A DNA stretch of 61,775 nucleotides from a virus (lineage: Duplodnaviria; Caudoviricetes): IMG/VR virus record IMGVR_UViG_3300023112_000002, positions 1-61,775 of that record; one strand, given 5' to 3'. The position numbers were made by a program, and so were the translations under genes. Positions 56,571 through 61,775 of the stretch are shown here, piece after piece; within the stretch, counting starts at the first letter, position 1; the number at the start of each line of letters is the position of its first letter. Below the pieces are notes generated by a model. The model was given only the letters and a program-made list of their open reading frames with translations, was not told the origin of the DNA and made no database searches.

Positions 56571-56620
56571 GTAACAGACGTCTCGCGACGTTTCGACCAT
56601 TGAGGTCTCATCAGTGTTAC
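56571..56620 (-). ncRNA. Type I hammerhead ribozyme
   Basis: GTAACA-CTGATGA-GACC(TCAAT)GGTC-GAAA-CGTC(GCGA)GACG-TC^TGTTAC: complete catalytic core, three perfect stems, GUC cleavage triplet. Confidence 0.92.
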
Positions 56621-56895
56621 TTTGGGTTATAGGACATATAAACCTCACGCTCACTTGCGCTCTTAGGCACACCCGCTTCATTCTCGTAACCGAGTAAACG
56701 TTGCTTCGTCACTTCGTGAGCATCGATGGTCTTGTTCCATTGTCTATCGTTTTGTGTTAGTCTATCTCTTAGGTTAGCTATCTCAAATTGAAGGTCTTTC
56801 CGTTCCTTTCTATGGTGGGTATTAATCTCTCGTATCTGATTAAGGTAGTCGTTCTCAAGTTGTACGAGGTCTTGGAGTGTAACTGAATCGCTCAT
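56617..56895 (-). CDS. First early gene, coiled-coil hypothetical protein
   Basis: 92 aa; the stop codon lies inside hammerhead stem I. Confidence 0.75.
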   Translation of the reverse strand: MSDSVTLQDLVQLENDYLNQIREINTHHRKERKDLQFEIANLRDRLTQNDRQWNKTIDAHEVTKQRLLGYENEAGVPKSASEREVYMSYNPK

Positions 56896-56937
56896 GGTAT
56901 TGTGTATTAAATTAGTATTAAATGTTTAATGATGGAG

Positions 56938-56945
56938 CAAATATA
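56938..56945 (-). promoter_or_regulatory. Early promoter -7 box TATATTTG
   Basis: TAnnTTTG on the minus strand about 43 nt upstream of the first early ATG. Confidence 0.6.
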
Positions 56946-57205
56946 TAGCATAACTTCTATGCTCACAAGTTTTTTAGCATAAATCTTTTACTAAATGTGC
57001 ATATTTCCTCTATAACTCCCGTAAACGCTGAGAAAAAAAGTTTAAGAAATATGTGAATCGTTTGTGGATGTCAGTGTTCGTTGGGGTTTTAACCCTTGTC
57101 TCACTGTCTCTCAACAAGGTTATTCCCCTTCACTATGGGGATATGTGGGGAGTGTGTCCGTATATTGGGAGCATATAGCTACGTATAGCGGAACGATGAA
57201 CGAAG

Positions 57206-57241
57206 AGCCGAGCCGAGCCGAGCCGATAGCCGAGCCGAGCC
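57206..57241. repeat. (AGCCG)n tandem repeat in the divergent non-coding region
   Basis: 4 units, then AT, then 2 units and a partial unit. Confidence 0.9.
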
Positions 57242-57388
57242 TATCACCCCCTACCTAAAAGCTAAAACATTTGACCGAAATTTTTGAAAACATCACCCCC
57301 CCTTCGAAAACAAATCACTTTCCTCAGACGCATACCTCGTGTGTGACCTATAATAACCCTCAACCCCTGGACATCTAAAATTTTTTTG

Positions 57389-57396
57389 TATCTTTG
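57389..57396 (+). promoter_or_regulatory. -7 promoter box TATCTTTG
   Basis: Upstream of ATG 57412; similar boxes at 57865-57872 and 58014-58021. Confidence 0.6.
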
Positions 57397-57411
57397 TCAA
57401 AAATAACTACC

Positions 57412-57612
57412 ATGAAAAAGATATCAGACTTCGTAGACGGTTTATATGTAGAGGGCGGACGTTTAATTAACGCTCGCGCACCAGGTGAAAGTGGCATTGC
57501 CCAGGCTGCTCGTATTAAAAGATCTATCTCTAACGACAGAAAGATAAACCAAATTGCAGAGGGGATTCAATTAGCTGAGGCTAAGAAGAAGTGGAATGAG
57601 TTAGAGTTTTAA
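57412..57612 (+). CDS. Hypothetical protein
   Basis: ATG 57412, with its own promoter and terminator. Confidence 0.7.
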   Translation: MKKISDFVDGLYVEGGRLINARAPGESGIAQAARIKRSISNDRKINQIAEGIQLAEAKKKWNELEF

Positions 57613-57635
57613 TTCACTATACCCATCACATTAAT

Positions 57636-57666
57636 AGAGGGAATCTTAACGGGTTCCCTTTTTTTT
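57636..57666 (+). terminator. Rho-independent terminator
   Basis: agggaatc...ggttccct followed by a T-tract. Confidence 0.7.
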
Positions 57667-57672
57667 ATCCAA

Positions 57673-57864
57673 TAGTGTTAAAGTTTAACACCTTTGTGTT
57701 AACTCAAAAAAAGTTTAACACCTTCTAACTCCTTTATTATTAATATATTACTTCTTTTAGTGTTAAAGTGTTAAACTGAAAGTAAGAATAGAGAAATAAA
57801 AAAAAAGAATAAATAGAAAATATATATAGTAGAGTATAGGTTATTCACTTTGTCACTTTAACAT
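57673..57864. repeat. AT-rich element with GTGTTAA/TTAACAC repeats, candidate origin (copy B)
   Basis: Multiple direct and inverted units; 57752-57775 identical to 48779-48802. Confidence 0.55.
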
Positions 57865-57891
57865 TATCTTTGCGCCCCAATTAATTTTAAA

Positions 57892-58002
57892 ATGAAGAAG
57901 CTTATTTACCGCTATCGATCTTTGGAGGAGAACTCCAAATTGAATCTAATAGTTATCGCCTACACGGTGTTAACTTTTTCCTTGTTATTTATTTCAGTAT
58001 AG
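57892..58002 (+). CDS. 36-aa putative membrane peptide
   Basis: MKKLIYRYRSLEENSKLNLIVIAYTVLTFSLLFISV after the promoter box at 57865. Confidence 0.4.
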   Translation: MKKLIYRYRSLEENSKLNLIVIAYTVLTFSLLFISV

Positions 58003-58047
58003 AATTTTTGTTATACATTTGTTCCACTAACTTTAATTTTATTTCAA

Positions 58048-59640
58048 ATGCAAGAGCAAGGGTATATTGCTAAAGACCTTTCCTTCGATGAAGAGGGCAG
58101 GGCAAAACTTATCAGCGGGATCACTGCTATCTCTAAAGCGGTTAAGAGTACGCTGGGCCCACGAGGCAAGACTGTCATCATTGAATCTACAAACCACCTT
58201 GGCGGATTAACTGTCACAAAGGATGGGGTCACTGTAGCGAAGAGTATTGATCTATACGATCCCGTTGAGAACATAGCTGTACGCATGGTAAAGGAGGCTG
58301 CTAATAAGACAGCTTCCATTGCTGGTGATGGAACCACCACGGCTATTGTTCTTACGGAAGCTTTGGTTTGTTCTGGCATAGAGCATATGTCTGGCGACGT
58401 CAATGCCACGGAGGTCATTGGTATCATCCGAGAGAAGGTTGACGAGGTTATTAAAAAGTTAGAGAAGCGATCTCGTAAGGTTACGGGCAAGAGGCTTTTG
58501 GATGTAGCCACTATCTCTGCTAACAACGATAAGAGTTTGGGTAAGCTTATCACGGATACCTATAACGAGGTTGGTTTGGATGGCATTGTTACGGTGGAGC
58601 GTTCTCAGACGGCAGACACCTATGCAGATATTACTACGGGTATTAAAGTTGACCGTGGGTATAGCTCCCCTTTGTTCATCAACAACCATAAGAAGGATGA
58701 GTGTGTGCTCGAGGATGTGAAGATTTTGGTATGCGATGCTGAGATCAACAACATCATGCAGATCGAGACTGTCTTGAAGGATGTGGTTCAGAAGAATGAG
58801 AAGCTGCTTATCATTGGAACGTGTAGTGTGAATATGATAAACACTTTAGCGGCCAATGTTATGAAGAACGGATTAAAGTTCTGTAACGTCCCTCCCCCCA
58901 ACTTCGGGTACAAGCAGCACGAGCTCATGCAGGACATCGCTTTGGCTGTTGGGGCTACGTACTTCTCTGAGAAGACGGGCGACGATCTTAGTCTTATCCT
59001 CCCCAGAGATTTAGGCCATGCGCAAAAAGTCGTGGCAGGCAAAGACTCTACTGTCATCCTTACGGGTAATGATATGAGCGAAGAGTGCACGACTCGCGTA
59101 GAGGAATTGCGTGAGCAGCAGGTGAGAACTAAGAACAAGGGTGAGCGTGACTTTATCAACACGCGTATCGCGAGTTTAGCTGGCGGCATAGGATGCATCT
59201 ATGTTGGTGGGGATAGTGACATCGAGCAGAAAGAAAAATTTGACCGCGTCGACGACTCGGTATGCGCTGTGCGCAGTGCCCTCCAGGAAGGCATCCTTCC
59301 GGGTGGCGGGTTAGCATTATGGCGTTTGGCTCCCGACCCTTCGCAGAGCTGTGACTATAGGGAGGAGGATTTGGCCAACCGTATTTTACACGACGCTTTA
59401 AAATCTCCTCTGCTTCAGATTATGGAGAACGCAGGATTGGATGGGGAGCGCATCATGGACAACGACGATCTTATAGACGACACCCATGGGTTCGATGTTA
59501 AGAACGAGAAGTACGGGGACATGTACAAGATGGGTGTTATCGATCCACTTAAGGTTACCAAGAATGCCTTGATCAATGCCACGAGTGTAGCCACCACTAT
59601 CCTTAGCACCAATGCTATTGTAACACACGCCCGCGCATGA
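58048..59640 (+). CDS. groEL: Chaperonin GroEL (phage-encoded, lacks the GGM tail)
   Basis: TLGPRG, VTKDGVTVAK, AGDGTTTA, DRGYSSP, GILPGGG, GVIDPLKV. Confidence 0.97.
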   Translation: MQEQGYIAKDLSFDEEGRAKLISGITAISKAVKSTLGPRGKTVIIESTNHLGGLTVTKDGVTVAKSIDLYDPVENIAVRMVKEAANKTASIAGDGTTTAIVLTEALVCSGIEHMSGDVNATEVIGIIREKVDEVIKKLEKRSRKVTGKRLLDVATISANNDKSLGKLITDTYNEVGLDGIVTVERSQTADTYADITTGIKVDRGYSSPLFINNHKKDECVLEDVKILVCDAEINNIMQIETVLKDVVQKNEKLLIIGTCSVNMINTLAANVMKNGLKFCNVPPPNFGYKQHELMQDIALAVGATYFSEKTGDDLSLILPRDLGHAQKVVAGKDSTVILTGNDMSEECTTRVEELREQQVRTKNKGERDFINTRIASLAGGIGCIYVGGDSDIEQKEKFDRVDDSVCAVRSALQEGILPGGGLALWRLAPDPSQSCDYREEDLANRILHDALKSPLLQIMENAGLDGERIMDNDDLIDDTHGFDVKNEKYGDMYKMGVIDPLKVTKNALINATSVATTILSTNAIVTHARA

Positions 59641-59789
59641 GACCTTGGGAAATAAATATAGGTTTCTATGTGGGTATCCTTATCGGCATAAGGAGTTACG
59701 ATCTGGAAGACGTAACCTCTCACGTTCTATATCTTCCTTTTATTAATATAGCTTTAATGATAGACAAGTACGATGAAACCGATTGGTAA
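59637..59789 (+). CDS. 50-aa hypothetical protein between groEL and groES (not in the ORF track)
   Basis: MRPWEINIGFYVGILIGIRSYDLEDVTSHVLYLPFINIALMIDKYDETDW; ATGA overlap with groEL. Confidence 0.6.
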   Translation: MRPWEINIGFYVGILIGIRSYDLEDVTSHVLYLPFINIALMIDKYDETDW

Positions 59790-60030
59790 ATATATAGTTA
59801 TAGAAAAGATAGAGGAGACTTTAAAGACAGAGTCTGGCCTTCTCCTTTCTCAGGAAGATGCTTCTGGGTTTAGATACCAGAAGGGAAAGGTTGTAAAGCC
59901 TGGCACCGATGTAGGGGTCATCCAAGCGGGTGACGTTATCTACTACGACAAAAACGCGGGACACAGTATGTTCGTTAACGAAAAACCATACACTGTCATA
60001 GTTGAGCGCGACGTCGTTGTTGTTTTATAA
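59773..60030 (+). CDS. groES: Co-chaperonin GroES
   Basis: MKPIGKYIVI, KTESGLLL mobile loop, GKVVKPG, GDVIYY, ERDVV. Confidence 0.92.
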   Translation: MKPIGKYIVIEKIEETLKTESGLLLSQEDASGFRYQKGKVVKPGTDVGVIQAGDVIYYDKNAGHSMFVNEKPYTVIVERDVVVVL

Positions 60031-60430
60031 AGTCGTTCATCTCTATAATCATATTCCTATATACCTTATCCATATAGGACGCGTCCTTTCTAAAGAGTGG
60101 GTTTAGTTGTGGGGATATACCTATCTCTTCTCCGTTAAGTTTCTTGTATATATTTATCACGAGGCTTCTCCCTTTGTGTGACAGGCGGTATAGTGTTGTT
60201 TGTTTCCCTGTATTCTTCCTAAACACCTGCAGCCATCCGTCCCTTAGCAGGCTATGGAACCTTCCATCGTCCCACGACATACACTGCTCGAACTCTTTAA
60301 ACTTTGACTTGTTGAATATCCCTTCGCTGTATAGGAATAGGAGCATCTCTATATCTGGGGTCCCTACGTTATATTTTGCTTTGGCCCAATACCGGATGAC
60401 TCTCCAGTACTTCATATAATTTGTTTTCAT
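59996..60430 (-). CDS. Winged-helix (MarR-like) putative regulator
   Basis: EMLLFL...FHSLLRDGWL...YRLSHKGR wing pattern; has its own promoter box. Confidence 0.55.
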   Translation of the reverse strand: MKTNYMKYWRVIRYWAKAKYNVGTPDIEMLLFLYSEGIFNKSKFKEFEQCMSWDDGRFHSLLRDGWLQVFRKNTGKQTTLYRLSHKGRSLVINIYKKLNGEEIGISPQLNPLFRKDASYMDKVYRNMIIEMNDFIKQQRRRAQL

Positions 60431-60438
60431 TTAAGTTG

Positions 60439-60457
60439 TATCTTTGCTACAAAGTTA
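60439..60457. promoter_or_regulatory. Overlapping opposed -7 boxes: TATCTTTG (+, 60439-60446) and TAACTTTG (-, 60450-60457)
   Basis: Both match TAnnTTTG within the 34-nt spacer between divergent genes. Confidence 0.6.
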
Positions 60458-60464
60458 AAACAAT

Positions 60465-60644
60465 ATGAACACATACTCCGATTGTCAGTGTAATAATTCT
60501 ACGTGTATATGCAGTAAGGATCATTTCGACTCACCTTCTTTTTTAGATCCAGGGAAGTTAAAAGAGGGAGAGGATAAAATTATATCTGGTGAGACGGTAT
60601 GTAATGTTGACTCTCCTGAAGATTGTGAGAACTGTGGAAGTTAA
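60465..60644 (+). CDS. 59-aa Cys-rich peptide ending in an RNR-tail-like motif (not in the ORF track)
   Basis: MNTYSDCQCNNSTCICSKDHFDSPSFLDPGKLKEGEDKIISGETVCNVDSPEDCENCGS. Confidence 0.7.
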   Translation: MNTYSDCQCNNSTCICSKDHFDSPSFLDPGKLKEGEDKIISGETVCNVDSPEDCENCGS

Positions 60645-60650
60645 AAAATT

Positions 60651-61307
60651 ATGAAAGAATCAGCAATAAAGACACAAGGGAAAAAGATCCGCGCCTCTGC
60701 GGATTCCGTAAAGGACCGTAGAGCTTCTATCGCCAAACAAAAGGCGAACCGCATAGCGAAAGAGAAGAAGGCTAAAGCCGAGAAGAAAGCTAAAGAGCGT
60801 AAGGAAAAGTTAGAGGAGGCTTACGATAAGCAGCGTAACAAAGTTGCAGAGAAACAAAAGAAAGCCAAAGAGAAGAAGAAGAAGAGAGAGTCTAAAGTAA
60901 AAGATAAGCAGGGGGCTAAGGTTGGTCGAGCAAAGAAGAGACTTTCTAAAAAGATTGATAAGACAGATAAAGATGTCGAGAGAGAGACAGAAAATACAAG
61001 AGGAGGAAAGAGGAGGGAGAAAAAGTATTATAAAGCACGAAAAAAGGTTAGTGAAGCTCGGAAGGCTATGTCTAAGAAAGTGAAGAGAGTTAAAGGGCGT
61101 GAGAGTAAACCTGTTACGAGAGCAACTAAAGCTGAGTCTCGCTTAAAGAAAAGATACGACACTGTTAATAGAACTATTGGCGGAGCTAAAGAGAGCGCGT
61201 TCAAGAGGGCGGATAAAAGCAAGATGCGTAAGAAGAGAAGGGCTGCGGGGGAGACTTGGCTTCAGAGACATTCCGGTAAGTGGGGTGGGAAGTTTAGTGA
61301 CCGTTAA
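60651..61307 (+). CDS. Extremely Lys/Arg-rich protein (histone H1-like composition)
   Basis: 218 aa of low-complexity basic helices. Confidence 0.7.
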   Translation: MKESAIKTQGKKIRASADSVKDRRASIAKQKANRIAKEKKAKAEKKAKERKEKLEEAYDKQRNKVAEKQKKAKEKKKKRESKVKDKQGAKVGRAKKRLSKKIDKTDKDVERETENTRGGKRREKKYYKARKKVSEARKAMSKKVKRVKGRESKPVTRATKAESRLKKRYDTVNRTIGGAKESAFKRADKSKMRKKRRAAGETWLQRHSGKWGGKFSDR

Positions 61308-61328
61308 ACCAAAGAAATAAATTAGTAG

Positions 61329-61336
61329 TATCTTTG
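61329..61336 (+). promoter_or_regulatory. -7 promoter box TATCTTTG
   Basis: Upstream of ATG 61351. Confidence 0.6.
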
Positions 61337-61350
61337 TGAAAATTAATGTT

Positions 61351-61551
61351 ATGAAAAAGCAAGGTTACAATTCAAGACTCGATGAGTCTTTAGGTGCAAA
61401 GCACAAAGGTTCTCACAAGCAATCTTTAAAATCTCGTAGAGACGAGTCTAAGGCTATGTCTAAGAAAGATTACGGACACGCATATGGTGGAGATCACGGT
61501 ATGCATTACGAAGGGGTTAAAGCAAGAAACTCTGCCAATATTAGAAAGTAA
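61351..61551 (+). CDS. Small basic His/Lys-rich protein
   Basis: MKKQGYNSRLDESLG...SRRDESK internal repeat; ATG 61351 preferred. Confidence 0.75.
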   Translation: MKKQGYNSRLDESLGAKHKGSHKQSLKSRRDESKAMSKKDYGHAYGGDHGMHYEGVKARNSANIRK

Positions 61552-61569
61552 CGATACAATAAAAAAATT

Positions 61570-61775
61570 ATGAAAAGAGATTTATCCAAACCATTAGCTC
61601 CTACATTCGGAGACCCTAAACCAAAAGTAAGAAAAAGGTCTACTAACTCCGAAAAAGGAACTGCATCTAAATCAGGTCGAAATCGTTCAACAACTTTCTC
61701 TTCACCGGGGGGAGGTTCTCCTGCTAAAAAAACTGTACATATAACTAAAATTAGAAGAAATAAGCAGGGAAATGT
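61570..61775 (+). CDS. 5' part of the basic protein spanning the circular join (ends at 251)
   Basis: Open frame to the window end, continuing through the terminal repeat. Confidence 0.8.
   Translation, partial: MKRDLSKPLAPTFGDPKPKVRKRSTNSEKGTASKSGRNRSTTFSSPGGGSPAKKTVHITKIRRNKQGN
61649..61775. repeat. Terminal direct repeat (copy 2)
   Basis: Identical to 1-127. Confidence 0.95.

Noticed and set aside
57083-57169. G-quadruplex from four GGGG runs
   Set aside because: The first run is about 50 nt from the others; the loops are too long for a confident call
57064-57258. 64-aa ORF across the AGCCG tract
   Set aside because: GTG start, no leader, and the product merely translates the tandem repeat; the region is better explained as non-coding
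1-61775. Stop-codon reassignment as in some crAss-like phages
   Set aside because: Long genes are intact in the standard code, coding density is high, and the only tRNA is Arg(TCT), not a suppressor

Overview
The window is almost certainly one complete, circularly assembled dsDNA phage genome. Bases 1-127 are identical to 61649-61775, giving a unit length of 61,648 bp. The phage is a lytic-looking podovirus type, probably infecting a Bacteroidota (likely Flavobacteriia) host: TAnnTTTG -7 promoter boxes precede at least 13 genes or operons. The plus-strand late arm (~57.4 kb through the join to 42.4 kb) carries GroEL/GroES, a cluster of very basic proteins, a LamG/CBM-like adhesin, lysis genes, tail fibres, terminase, portal, scaffold, major capsid, tail ring/nozzle and three ejection-type proteins, including a 3337-aa polyvalent protein. 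The minus-strand arm (42.4-56.9 kb) carries an HNH nuclease, tRNA-Arg(TCT), two DnaA-C-like proteins, VRR-NUC, an SF2 helicase, a primase-helicase, SSB/exonuclease/Sak3 recombination genes and many small early genes. No DNA polymerase, RNA polymerase, integrase, reverse transcriptase or CRISPR array was recognised. The most notable signals are: (1) a canonical type I hammerhead ribozyme at 56571-56620 (-), with two further tRNA-like or multi-stem RNAs in the same early transcript, suggesting an RNA-processing system; (2) a recombination-shuffled early cassette region with a 4-copy hypervariable family and an 'empty-site' junction; (3) a nested ('matryoshka') domain architecture in the adhesin; (4) REQK-delimited modules in the giant protein; (5) a duplicated origin-like element; (6) a stand-alone peptide resembling the redox tail of ribonucleotide reductase. 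Protein family calls come from motif recognition by eye, not from database searches.
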